Assembly: GCF_000143415.4 (NCBI RefSeq)
Contig: NW_003314315.1
Location: 62,001 to 126,000 of the forward strand
From: Selaginella moellendorffii
Lineage: Eukaryota; Plantae; Lycopodiophyta
Reading direction: 5' to 3'
DNA length: 64,000 bases
Below the pieces are notes generated by a model. It was not told the origin of the DNA, made no database searches, and worked only from the letters and a program-made list of their open reading frames with translations. The position numbers and the translations under genes are program-made. Below, piece after piece: positions 52,975-64,000 of this stretch (position 1 is the stretch's first letter; the number at the start of each line of letters is the position of its first letter).

Positions 52975-54338
52975 ATGCGGTTTGATGCCGCCGAAATGGA
53001 TCTAGCAGCGGCTTCTACCCTGGAGCCGGCCTTGCAATCGGCGTGGATCCAGAGATTGAAGAGCGGTAGCAGCAGGAAGGAGCATGGCGACGAGGGACTC
53101 CAGATTCCACTGGGAAAGCTGGAGCTGGGAGGTGAAAATGGACTGGAGACTGGGGGTTTAGAGACAAGTAGAGATCAAGTCCAGGCTATGAGCAAGGAGC
53201 TCCTCATCCGGATAAACAGCAAGGTCGGGCTGGATGAGAATGGGAAGGATTTTAATCCTGGAGCTAAGCTTTGCGCTATCCAACGCTCTCCCAGAGGATT
53301 TGGTTCTTTTCGCGTCAAGCTCTCGGGCGTCAAGTTTCGAAAGCCGCCGCTTCCTCCAGCGCCCAAGGCTGGCAAGGCCGACGCTGTGGAAGCCCACAAA
53401 AGAAAAGAGAGGATTGCGAGAATCCATGGCGTGGACGTGACACTCGAGCAGCAACACCGAAATGGCACGGATGGTAAGAGGAGAGATTTGCTGGCCGAGT
53501 TTGCGTTGCGCTTGGACATCAAAGAGAAGCCAACGCCTCTTGGGACTTTTCACATTGTGGACAGGAAGAAGAACCCATCGCTGCGCAAGGACAGGAGGTT
53601 GGCCACCTTGGTCTCTCCAATTTCGGTGGCGGCAGCAGTGACGGAAGATCACGATGCGGTGGGATCGATTACAGCCAGCTTAACTTCCGAAGTGCTGAAG
53701 CTGGAAGCGTCGAGGCACAGCGCAGTTGGAGCTCGCACCGATCCTTCCTCCATGGAAGGCAATCTCTCGGAGACGAGGACGCTCTCCACAGTTTATTGCG
53801 GGAGCTCTCCTTCTCCATGCCCCGCTCCCAGCTGGACTTGCTCGAGAGGATCCGAGCAACCTGAGAGTAAGTTCGTCAGTTTTTCGCATTTTGTTCTTAG
53901 ACTTCTTACTGATTTTCCTCGCAGGGCGTGACACGATCGAGCAAGAAGCCGAGGTATCTTTCAGCTTTCCCTTTGTTTGTTTGCTCTGATTCTTTCTTCT
54001 TTCCTCTTTACCAGGCCTGTTTTGCAACGGAAAAAAGACGGCGGGAAGCATCGGTGGCTTTGAGCAAGGAGATGGTACCTTCAACCTTAGTGAAACGAAG
54101 CAGAATTTCGGTAGGAGAGGTGACCTTAGCTGGACCATGGCTGAACAGATGGAGCGTACGGCCTAGCAAGGAATCTGGAGAAAGCAAGCCTGGTAAAGTT
54201 CAAAGCGTGACACAGGCATGGGAAAAGAAACAGACTTCGCTACATTGGTCGGAGCCTCCCAGTGCTGCAGCGTTTGCAATCGTTGGTGCTGCTGTGAGAC
54301 AGCTCCAGTCCTACTCGCTGGGTCAGTCCACAACTTGA
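52975..54338 (+). CDS. Plant protein with PCH1/PCHL-like motifs (3 exons)
   Basis: The long exon splices in frame to 53926-53953 and 54015-54338. Motifs LQSAWIQRL, GPWLNRWS and PSAAAFAIVGAA resemble the PCH1-family motifs QSVW, PWIQRW and PSIAAMALMGKA as I recall them. Confidence 0.5.
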
Positions 54339-54419
54339 GAATCGTCCCTGATCCTGCGGAAGAGATCCATGTCACTAACAACTTCTAGAAGCCTCGCTGT
54401 CCGGAGCCAAAGAGACGAT

Positions 54420-55719
54420 GCAAACGAACCAGTCTGCGCAGACGGTAGGCTATCTGCGGAACACTAAAATGAGACTCCATAAAACTTCACAGAACATTGA
54501 TACCTCTGGAGTAAGCGTTTCAAGCGTAGAAACTGGAAATGAAGGCTATAGCAAACGCTGTCGATTATGCCGCTTGTGGAGCCTCGGTGCCGGGCTGTGG
54601 TTGTTGAGACACTGAGCCTGAGAGAGAGAACGAGCACATACTGGTAAGAAGTAAACGATCAAAGGCTTACTCTTGCGAGGGATCAACGTCATCTTGGGAG
54701 GTTCTATAACCGGCTCTGGAACTTCGGTGCCTGGCTTCTTCTTCCGCGTACTAAACTGGAAAGGATAAGTTACTTTTCCAAACGCAACGTGAACTTTCTC
54801 GATGGGAGGAGGCGGCCTCTTCATATGCTTGACAAACCACTCGTTCAAAGCCTCTTGGCCTGTGAGCAGGATCAAAGAAACAAAAGAACAAAAAATTAGT
54901 TCTCATGGTGACAATGGAAGGAGTTGGAAGAGATCAACTTACGTGTGTCTGGAGGCTGATAAGCCCATGTCCCTTGAATCCTTCGGTGCAACCGATAGCC
55001 TGGAAACGACGAAGGAACTGTCCGCGACGGAGGAGGCGGCCTTTTGAAAGTCTGTACGTACTGGTTTGCTTGCCGCTGGTAAAGGCTGAGGAGATTCTTT
55101 GCGTCCGTCTTGGCAAACATGGAAGGAGCCATTGTTCTTCCAATCTTTCTCTTTGCATCTGCGTGAAAGGATTGTTAAACACAATGCAAGCCTTGGAACC
55201 ATAGCGAAGAACCATCACACCAAGCAAAGAAGCACAGCACAGCACTAGAGAAGGAAGAGAGATTCACACACCTGGTCGACCAGAAGAGCTTGTTCGTTGT
55301 GTAGAGATTGGAAGCCTGTGCGAAGTAGTCCTCCTGTGTGACGAAGACAGTGTGTCCCACTCCATCCTCCCAAACACCGCGGCTTTCTTCTTCCAGGCCG
55401 TGACGCGAGGAGATGGTCGCGGAGGCGGCCGTGGGGTATGATGATCGGACTGGCTGCCCTGCAAGATGGAATCCAGAAACTCCCTCGGCTGTAATACCAC
55501 CGACGATCTATTCCCAATTCCAGTCCCCGGCCCCGATCCTCCTGACCGCGTTGCGCTCCCAGATCCATGCCCAGGACCCGCGGCGGCAGCGGCATTGAGG
55601 TTATGGAGTGCCAATGGCGGGACAAGGCGCTTGGATCCCTGCAAGGAAGATCTCTGCTGGACGCCGCCGCCTCCCGGAAGCTGATGGAGCGCTGGCACCC
55701 AGGATGATACCTCGGCCAT
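54420..55719 (-). CDS. Uncharacterised multi-exon basic/proline-rich protein; exon structure uncertain
   Basis: 151-aa ATG-initiated first exon ending at a GT donor. Further coding-like blocks (YRLHRRIQGTWAYQPPDT, EWFVKHMKRPPPPIEK) are bounded by GT-AG sites. Divergent from HYD1. Confidence 0.5.
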
Positions 55720-55874
55720 TTTCTAGCGATCAAAGCTGCCGGATCGAGCTTGCGATTCCTCCCAGCAGCGGCTTTGCCATGGCTGACGCTCTCTGCCCTA
55801 AAACCCGTTACCCGTAAAGTATATTCTCGCACTATCAAGATTACTTTTTAGGGCTTACTTTTTAGGGCTCCAAA

Positions 55875-56730
55875 ATGGCCACTGGGATTGCAAGAGATGC
55901 AACGGCTTCAGTGGCGGTGGAAATCGCCACTGAAGTGCAAAAAAGGCATCCTCATAGTTTGGCAATTCCGGGATTTGTAGCTGCACAGCTTTCGGTGGTA
56001 TCGATTTTGGGCATTTTTGCCACAGCTTGCGCGCTCGTTGTTACATTGGTTTGGAGATTTTCAAGTAAGCTCCAAAGACTTGAGTCCTTGTTTTTCATTG
56101 TGTTTTTCCAGAAAGGCTTCGTTACTTGAGGAATGTGGAGCGCTGCTTAATGTGTTGGTGGGCAGTAACGGGGCTCATTCACGTTGTCTTGGAGGGCTAT
56201 TTTGTTTTCACGCCGGACTTCTACAAGAAGAAGGAGATTCACTATTTAGCAGAAGTTTGTAAGTTCTCTTCTCAGAAAAAATAGTCAGATGAAATAACCT
56301 TTTTTTTTTCAGGGAAGGAGTATAACAAAGGTGATTCTAGATATGCAGCAAGGGATCCGGCCATTGTGACTGTTGAAGCGATCACGGCGGTTTTTGTAGG
56401 CCCTGCAAGCTTGCTTTGCGTGTAAGAAATCCTATCTTGTGTTGCTTACCATATACTAACTAAAGTTTTTGCAGATTCGCAATTGCAAAAGAAAAATTCT
56501 ACCAGTATCCTCTTCAGCTTGTTGTATCCATAGCACAACTTTATGGCGACACTGTCTATTACGGCACAGTGTTTGTTGATGGGCGAGAGTTTTCAGCTCC
56601 TGGATTTCTCTATTACTGGTTCTATTTCATGTTTCTAAATTCCATTTGGATTTTAGTGCCTATTGTAATTGCCACACAAAGTTGGCATCGAATTTGCATT
56701 TTGATGCAGTTGAGTAAGAAGCTACATTAA
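55875..56730 (+). CDS. HYD1: Sterol delta8-delta7 isomerase (EBP family), 4 exons
   Basis: [42 protein letters not shown] and YYWFYF..N.IWI.VP. Confidence 0.92.
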
Positions 56731-57189
56731 TTGTGATTTAAGAATATTAAGGATGTATAATTGTGAAATGGATCCATTCTATTTATTTATCAACTCCTTG
56801 ACAGCTTGATGCCACACCTACTTGATGACGTCACATTCCCACCTCCCTACTTCTATCGTCTCCTTCTTGGAATTGTTGGCCTACCGAGACTATCGTTGGC
56901 TATAAACCATGAGGTGACCTTCACCTTTTTTTGAACTAGGAGCTTCCAGAATTCTAAGATATTATTCACCAGTTGTTCCACATCAACACCTTAATTGATC
57001 CATTTCCTTTAGAGCTTTAGGATCTCCTCATGGTCTTCCTCTGTACTCGTCATGAACATATTGCATACTTCCTAAACGAGAAGAAACCATTTGCCTCGGT
57101 CCAGTCTAGATTCTTTTTCACCTATTAAATTTACTTAAGAGGGAGCAATCCCTTTTGCACTGTTTGAGGTTTTTGTTAGATGCGCTAAA

Positions 57190-57586
57190 TGTTTGAGGCA
57201 TTGCATCAAGACCTGCTCCCACGGTGATGGAAACCATGGCCAGAGCACGCCCCGCAAGAACAGCCTCTGTCGAAGAACTCTGCTTGATTGACGATAGGAT
57301 TTGATGAGTCAACGTGTCATACTTGTCGTCGACGAAGTGGGTAAGCAACAAAACTCATGTCCTCGAAGTATCCAGGACCAGTTGTGTAGCAACGAACATA
57401 AGCCACGCATTCGACTGGAAGTGTCCAGTCTAGGATGTTTCCAGCCTCGGCATTAAGATGGAAACTTTGGCAGTAGTCATGGACACTCTCGCCCGGGAGT
57501 CTGGGAGGGAGATCAAAGCAGTGGGAGAAGGTCGATGCTAGTATCATAAACAAGGACGAGAAGCACAATGGATTCTTCGACTTGAT
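57190..57586 (-). pseudogene. Chimeric pseudogene: inverted copy of acid phosphatase exon 1 joined to an IFRD-like fragment
   Basis: PPRLPGE..YCQSFHLNAEAGNILDWTLPVECV.YV..YTTGP.Y..DMSF parallels 58050-58215. At about 57345 it switches to FVDDKYDTLTHQILSSIKQSSSTEAVLAGRAL (IFRD-like). Confidence 0.7.
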
Positions 57587-57980
57587 CATCTTTGCAATCA
57601 GCAGGAAGAACTGGAGGATGGAACGCAGCAAGATGATGGACAGACTTGTTGCCTATATTTATATGTCTTCAAGCTTTTGCATCGTCATTTTCAAGTCTGA
57701 AAGCTGCAATAGGAATGAATTTTTGTCTTTGCAGAGAAATTTTCCAGGTGTTTTGCTAGAAAATATTTTAGAGAATATATACTCAGGAAAACTTACGGGT
57801 CGCTATATCTTTGCGTAGACACTACGCCACCGTATATATGCAGCCTTGTAGTGGTTTCCAAACAACTTTGCCAGCTTACTATTGCGCACTCCCGAAAATG
57901 ACCCAAGAAGTGTCATAACATTATATAAGTGTGTGTTTTGCCTTGAATTCTATGTGCTTACATACTAACTTCTTTGCAAC

Positions 57981-58843
57981 ATGGTTGTTTCGATTATCTT
58001 GTGTTATTTGCTGTTTTCTGCAATGAGCTCTTTGAATTCCCAGTGCATTGAGCCTCCTCCCAGGCTCCCGGGCCAGAAGATCGAGGAATATTGCGAGAGT
58101 TTTCAGATCAATGCGGAGGCTGGGAACATCCGGGAGTGGACGCTTCCCATTGAATGCGTGGGTTTCGTTCGTCGCTACACAACTGGTCCTCGATACTTGC
58201 AGGACTTGAGTTTCATGGCGGATCAAGCTCTGAAGCACGCCCAAAGCATCAAAGTTCGTGACGATGGCCGGGACAGCTGGGTGTTTGATGTGGACGAGAC
58301 TTTGCTATCCAATGTTGCTTACTTTGCCAAACACAACTACGGGTACGTGTATTCATTTATTAGAGATATTTATAGCTTTTTATTCGACTAGAGCTTCCAA
58401 GTTCAACCAGACCGACTTTAGCATCTGGATAGAAAAAGGCAAGGCCACGGCAATCGTGCCAATAAGAACACTCTATCATAAGCTCATCAAAGCAAAGTGG
58501 ACTGTTTACTTGATGTCTCAGCAGCGAAATGAGTCGCAGCGTGCAATCACCGAGAAGAACTTGCGAGATGTGGGCTACAGCAGATGGAAGAAACTATTTC
58601 TAAGGTGAGGTTTATTCAACTTTGCACCTGCCTTACAAAAATCATTAATCAGTGCACCTCGGGCTAAACGTGGTTGAAGACATAAACACAACAGGAAACT
58701 CTAAATGGTATGGAGAAATTAAATCTTCTGGTGGACGGATTCAAGCTACAGTTGGAGACAACTGGGATACGGACTTTGATCCAAATCGTTTCCCTGGAAG
58801 CATGGCGTTTAAATCACCCAATGCCATGTACAACATGGCCTAA
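57981..58843 (+). CDS. HAD class IIIB acid phosphatase (VSP/APS1-like), secreted, 3 exons
   Basis: Signal peptide; YCESFQINAEAGN; catalytic WVFDVDETLLSN; VGDNW; FKSPNAMY. Confidence 0.9.
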
Positions 58844-59141
58844 GATCATGTTAACGAGAAATATTTACTGTTTCTTGCAAGTGCACTGCAATACCCGACT
58901 TTCACATTCTTCTTCAGTTTCAAGATTTTGAAATTCAGTGCCCACAATCCGGCCTCTTATACCATTGTTGAGGAAATGGAGATGGGTAACTTTGGTGACA
59001 ACAAGGAATTGTTTCTTAGTCATGCCAAAGCCTCTTTGCAGCTCCTGAGTTGGAAGCAAGACTGGGTGATAAACGCGCTGATTAACGAAGAATGATCCCA
59101 GGAATTCAAAGAAATTTTCCATGGGTTCATGGCATTAAATC

Positions 59142-60200
59142 GTGGCCACGGGATTCAGGGTAACGAAGAACTTGCTGCTAGTCTGGAAAGTGCCGTTGGA
59201 GTTCCCGGGTAGGGCGAGCATGTTCGGCCCAGAACGGGCCCGTGTGGGCGAGACCGTTAAAGGACATGTGGGGAACAGCCACATTTTCGCAGAGAACCTG
59301 ACTCATCTGACGGCTCCCGAGTTAACAGGCGAGCACAGCCCGTTAAGATCAAAGTATCGTGGTTTCCAAGACAAGCTGAAGTTCTAAACCGTGGCACACT
59401 TGAGGATCTCGTCGCGTCGTCAATTTCAACCAGCTGAAACTGGGGAAACTCGTCAAGAAGGGAGCTATGTATGGACGTGTGTACTTGGCTTGGCCAGGGA
59501 TGTAAGTTCACAGTGAAGATCTTTAAGCAGTTTGACCCAAGCTTTCACAGGGATGAAAGCAGATGAAAGCACTGCAACTATCAAGCATCCCAACATAAAT
59601 CGAATGGTAGGATTCAATGAGACTCCGAAGTGCACACATCGTGATGGAATGGACATGGACTTCGAAACTTTCATGCGCCAGAACGGGCAGAGCTTGACTC
59701 CAAAGGATCAGAACTACTCTATGCTACAGATGGAATGAAATTCTTGCACGCTAAAGAAGTGTTTCATCGGGATCTCAAGCCCAAGAACATTCTGGTAGAG
59801 CTGCATCACGATCGTCGACATGGAGATCTAGACGGCTCGCGAGCGATCGTCAAGATGTCTGGCGCGAACAGATTTTGCGATGGAAAGAAAAAATCTGACG
59901 GCTGGATCTGGAACTCTTGGCTATATGGCTCCAGAAGTTAATGACACGGGTTCCACAGGCTACTCGAGAAAAGCCGATGTTTACAGCTTTGGCATGGTTT
60001 GCTACCGTGTTTTTACAGGAAGCGCTGGTTATGATGCAAATCTCGCGTACATGCTGCAGAAGCGGCCTGAGATCCTCTAGATGCTCAATCTCGCTGAGAA
60101 ATCTTACAAAAGTGCTGGAGTCAACGGCCAGCCTTGCCTTCATCGTTCGATGACATTTGCAGTACCCTCATTGACTTGATGATTCAGGTTTCAGGAATGC
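59142..60200 (+). pseudogene. Protein kinase pseudogene
   Basis: HPNI, FHRDLKPKNILV, GTLGYMAPE and KADVYSFG lie in different frames. No DFG motif; stops present. Confidence 0.8.
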
Positions 60201-60779
60201 AGCAGCTCGGATCAATCACAGCGTTTACCACGCCTGTCTCAAGGCACTGTGTTCTGCTTGTATGTTTATGGCATATTATAGTTAAAGATTTTTTGTTAAT
60301 ATAATGTTGACATTTTTGTTTATTAAATATTATGATTATAGTCAGTTATGCCATTCAGATGACAATAACCAACACCTACAAAAAAAGAGCATGGCAATGG
60401 TTGTGGCCACCACCACCACCACCAACAACAACAAATGGCATGCCACAATTGCAGTGTACCCCCACTACATTTGTGTTGCTTTGATGAGCACCCATAATGC
60501 ACAACAATTCGAAAATGAGTTCCACCAAGAGCTTTGAAAAGCCAACCAAATTTACAAGCAAAACAGAGAAGTTTGGTTAGGAGATGTTTGTCTTGGCTCA
60601 TTCCCGATCCTCATTCCCAATGGACATCATTGTCTGGAGAACTGGCATCTCAGTCATCTATCACAACTTGGAAACTGGCAAAAAAGAGCCTCAAATCAAT
60701 CTAGCAAACATCACCAATATGTTAGTTGATATGTTCTTCTCAAACTTTCCGACCACCATTTGGTACTGAGCCACAGAAA

Positions 60780-61185
60780 TTTTATGCAAGCTGAGGGGTT
60801 TCTCCAAGGGAAAGATTCAAATGCATTGGAAACAAACTCTCTTTCGACAGGGACTTGAGAAGAGGAATGGAAGAGTTGCCACACTGTTTATGTGTGGAAT
60901 TTGCTAAGGAGGACCATTTTAACTGAGATATGGTGGCTCTACAATTGCTCTTTAGTGGAAGATACCAGCAAAGTGAGTGTGAGGTACCTTGTCCAACAGA
61001 TTTGGCTGAGTTGGAGGCTCTATATACTGCTCGAATGGAGCCAAGTCGTCAAGGAAAAAGATGAAAAGCTGGCTAGAACTTTCAAAAAGAGGTGGCTTAC
61101 CAATGGGTTTGCTGGGATGAGGACGAGAAACTGGGTGCTGTGGATGTGGGAGGAGCCACTCTTGATTTCCAGGCTCAACTTTTGA
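60780..61185 (+). mobile_element. Possible LINE ORF2 3' remnant
   Basis: Trp-rich VWNLLR..ILTEIWWLYN loosely resembles the L1 C-terminal W.IW..RN motif. Weak evidence. Confidence 0.35.
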
Positions 61186-61635
61186 GAGTGGAGATCTCAG
61201 CTTATTCAATAAATCAAACAATCTAGCTACATGGATAAAGAAACTTTTTTGAGCCAGCTTCAAAGAATGTAAAGAAAGAAGAATGGAAACTAGTTTCTTT
61301 TCGTCAGACTTTGGAGACATCAAGGATGTGAACAGCATTACCAATGAGTAGCTTGTGTCGACCAGAGTGTAGAACCTTTTCCCATTTCTCTGGACACTGA
61401 TGAGGTGCTTACATGGATCAGCGAGTAAAAAACTGCTGCTCTGGGGCAAAATCTTCGATCCTAGCACAAGTCATATGTACCGATGCAGGGCGTGAACGTC
61501 AGGTTGAATCTTGCTCGCTGTTCATTACATGCCCCTTCAAACTGATTGAAAGAATATAAAGAATTTGGAAACAACTTCCAAACTAACATTAGCATTTATC
61601 CAAATTATAAATGCTCAACATAAAATTTCAGCAAA

Positions 61636-61688
61636 TGGAGGCGAGGGGGCATGCAAAGCGATTGCTCTACCATCTGAGCTACACCCCC
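61636..61688 (-). pseudogene. tRNA-Ala(UGC) pseudogene lacking most of the variable loop and T-arm
   Basis: Reverse complement reads GGGGGTGTAGCTCAGATGGTAGAGCAATCGCTTTGCATGCCCCCTCGCCTCCA: acceptor 5' strand, D-arm, TGC anticodon and acceptor 3' strand, but only 53 nt. Confidence 0.8.
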
Positions 61689-61821
61689 TTTGAGATTATA
61701 CTCACATAATAACAATTCCAAAAAAAAAGTATCAACTACGTTTTCTTTCTTCAATCAATAAAATGGAAGTGAAGGCGTCCTTTTGTGGATTACTTCTCTT
61801 CTAATTCAATATAACAAGAAA

Positions 61822-62901
61822 TTTGTTTCACTTGCATCGTATATGACGACAATAAACAATGAGGGTTTAGGGTCCTTGCGAGATGAGAAAAGGAAGCGGG
61901 TAAGCGGTCGACCAGAGGTAGCTCCTTCCATTGATGCCTTAAATGCGGGGGACGATCAGCAATCCAAGCAAATGGTCGTTTACGCCGACACGTCCGGCTT
62001 CCTTAGGCGCCAAGAAGAGGAAGCAAAAGATGGTCAGGAAGAGGTGTTTATGTTGGAGCTAAACCCAGTATCAGATCCAGTAGAAGAAGACGATGACGAC
62101 AACAACGATGAAGAAGAAGAAGAAAAAGACGATGACGATGAAGAACTACTCCCAGGCTCGAGCGATCGACACTGCAAGGCTCGGAAAAGGACGAGGACAT
62201 ACAAGACCGGCATCTATCCGTGCAGCATTTGCGAGCGAGTTTTCAAGTATAGTTGGCACCTCAAGAACCATCAGCTCGTCCACTCCGATGAGGTAACTTG
62301 CCACTTTGCCTCGGAATTTAACACTAATCTGATGGTGTTGTTTTGGACTCCCCCTTGGATTGTCATTCCTCTCTTTGAGTTGGGGGAGTTGGGCGGACAG
62401 GGTGAGAATCTAATGAGAGATTGCCCAGGCTTTGAGTCCACTTGCTTTGCATCTTCCCCTTCTTTCTTCCATTTTCTTCTCTTCTCTTTGTGCGATCGAT
62501 CGAGTGATGATCGTCGCGTGGAAGGAAGGACCAGAGTGAAATTGGAGAAATCGGCAGCGAATGTGTCAACGCGAAGATAGAATTTGATAGTGGGGCTTGA
62601 CTGCTAGCTGCAAGAGGAAAAAGAGATCCACTCCATGGACAAGGAAGAGCTAGTTCCTTTTGGAAGCCCCTCGCTCTGTTTCTACTCAGAGGAGGTAGCG
62701 ATCGATTGCGAGGATCAGGACGAGAAGACGCTCCTGGAAGTAGACAGCTTCGTGTCATCGTCTCTGGTGCTGGGCGAGGCCGATCAGGCCGAGGATTCGC
62801 ACATCCAGCCATCGCCCACGTGCCAGCTCGCGGATTCCCCCATTGGGTCGGCCAGATCGGGCGGGATCTCCAGCGATTCGGGCAGGAATTCCAAGATCTA
62901 G
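61822..62901 (+). CDS. C2H2 zinc-finger protein with an acidic tract (gene or pseudogene; downstream exons uncertain)
   Basis: YPCSICERVFKYSWHLKNHQLVH followed by a GT donor at about 62293; poly-D/E tract upstream. Confidence 0.55.
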
Positions 62902-63149
62902 AGGTATGCTTTTCAAATGAAAAGCATATTCCCCATACACTCGGACATAACTGATTCCATGTCTCGAGTTTCCTGGCACGAATATGATACTAAACAAAAA
63001 CTTGAAAGCAGCTACGCTCTTGGTTCCTCTTCAACAACACCCCAGGATGCAGGATCCAACCTCATCACCACCAGTTTGTCTCCTCTTGATCTTTCAAACT
63101 CATAGATCGCCTCCAGAAAACGAAAGTAGAATGTCAGTGCATGAACACT

Positions 63150-63560
63150 CGAAACTGAGACGTCTTCTCGAGTTTCCTGGTGCAGACATCTGTCAAATAT
63201 GATCCTAAGAGCTAGCTCGCATAGAACACGCACCTCCTCTTAGCAATATGACGTTCTTGGACCGCTCCAAGGCACTGCTTTCGGTCAGCGTGCCGTCCAT
63301 AAACTTGATATCAATACTAGCAGCGATCCATTCTCGAAGTTGTCATCTCGTCCTGCTGCCAGAAAGAAAACTCGTGACATTGCAAAACTAGACAAATAAT
63401 TCTCCAACCTTGAAGCTCGGCCCTGGTGGAGGCCCCATCAGATCAAACACTCTAGGAGGCTAGTGACAAGAGAAGGATGAGCTTCTCAATTGCAATCCCT
63501 TTGCAATGTTTGAGGTTTTTGTTGGATGTGCTAAATGTTTGAGGCATTGCATCAAGACAC
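63150..63560 (-). pseudogene. Second IFRD-like fragment
   Basis: 63492-63558 is near-identical to 57145-57212. The adjacent SLVTSLLECL and EVRVLCELALRIIFD are IFRD-like. Confidence 0.45.
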
Positions 63561-64000
63561 CTAGCTGTGTAGAGGCGCTCAACAAGCAGAGAAATTTTAA
63601 CAACTTATTAGGTCAAGATTCATAACAATTTCTTTGCAAAAAATTTCCAGTAATTCAGAAGGAAATTCAAGTGCCTGGTAGCAACAAAAATAGGAACCTA
63701 GCAGTTCACCATCATGACCATATATGCTAGTGGCAAAATTGAAGCTATAATAATGACCAAAAGTGTATGCAAGCAAGATCAAGACCAAGAACAAAGTTTT
63801 GGGTAGTTGATACTAGTTTCATATGCTTTTCTCATCATCTCTCCATGTTCATCATCTCAAACTAACTAGGCATGATTCAGGCTTAGATCAGCAACTTGAT
63901 TATGAGTTGGGCATGTTAAAAGGTAGAGATGATATGGCATTTAATTATGCCCATGTGGCAGTAGTTTCTATATATCATCTATATACAGTTGAGATACAAA

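Noticed and set aside
60952-61467. 171-aa minus-strand ORF
   Set aside because: Non-ATG start, overlaps a probable LINE remnant, and has no recognisable domain.
61636-61688. Functional tRNA-Ala gene
   Set aside because: It lacks the T-arm and B-box; listed as a pseudogene.

Overview
Eukaryotic land-plant nuclear DNA. The very short introns (about 50-80 bp), tight gene packing and gene content suggest a lycophyte such as Selaginella; this is inference, not verified. Bases 1-28 kb are a nest of decayed transposons: (1) a non-coding LTR element whose LTR occurs four times; (2) a Tat-type Ty3/gypsy element with an extra RNase H placed before RT, plus an inverted, internally deleted relative; (3) a young intact Cassandra-type TRIM with 5S-rRNA-derived LTRs; (4) a chromovirus-like pol carrying a solo LTR that itself holds a smaller solo LTR; (5) a Helitron Rep/Hel remnant. 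An extremely AT-rich island then carries an intact ORF for a secreted bulb-type lectin fusion. The gene-rich half contains MIR408 with eight GTAC copper-response cores, ATG2, a CDCA7-type zinc finger fused to an uncharacterised plant domain, a LYR protein missed by the ORF track, TTC39/IML2, a calmodulin-like protein, a PCH1-like gene, HYD1/EBP, an acid phosphatase and several pseudogenes. The best candidate for an undescribed system is an 8-kb DNA transposon with terminal inverted repeats (36509-44564) inserted between the divergent ATG2 and CDCA7-like genes. It encodes remnants of an IS3EU-like integrase-core transposase and what looks like a HECT ubiquitin ligase. All calls were made by eye; no searches were run.
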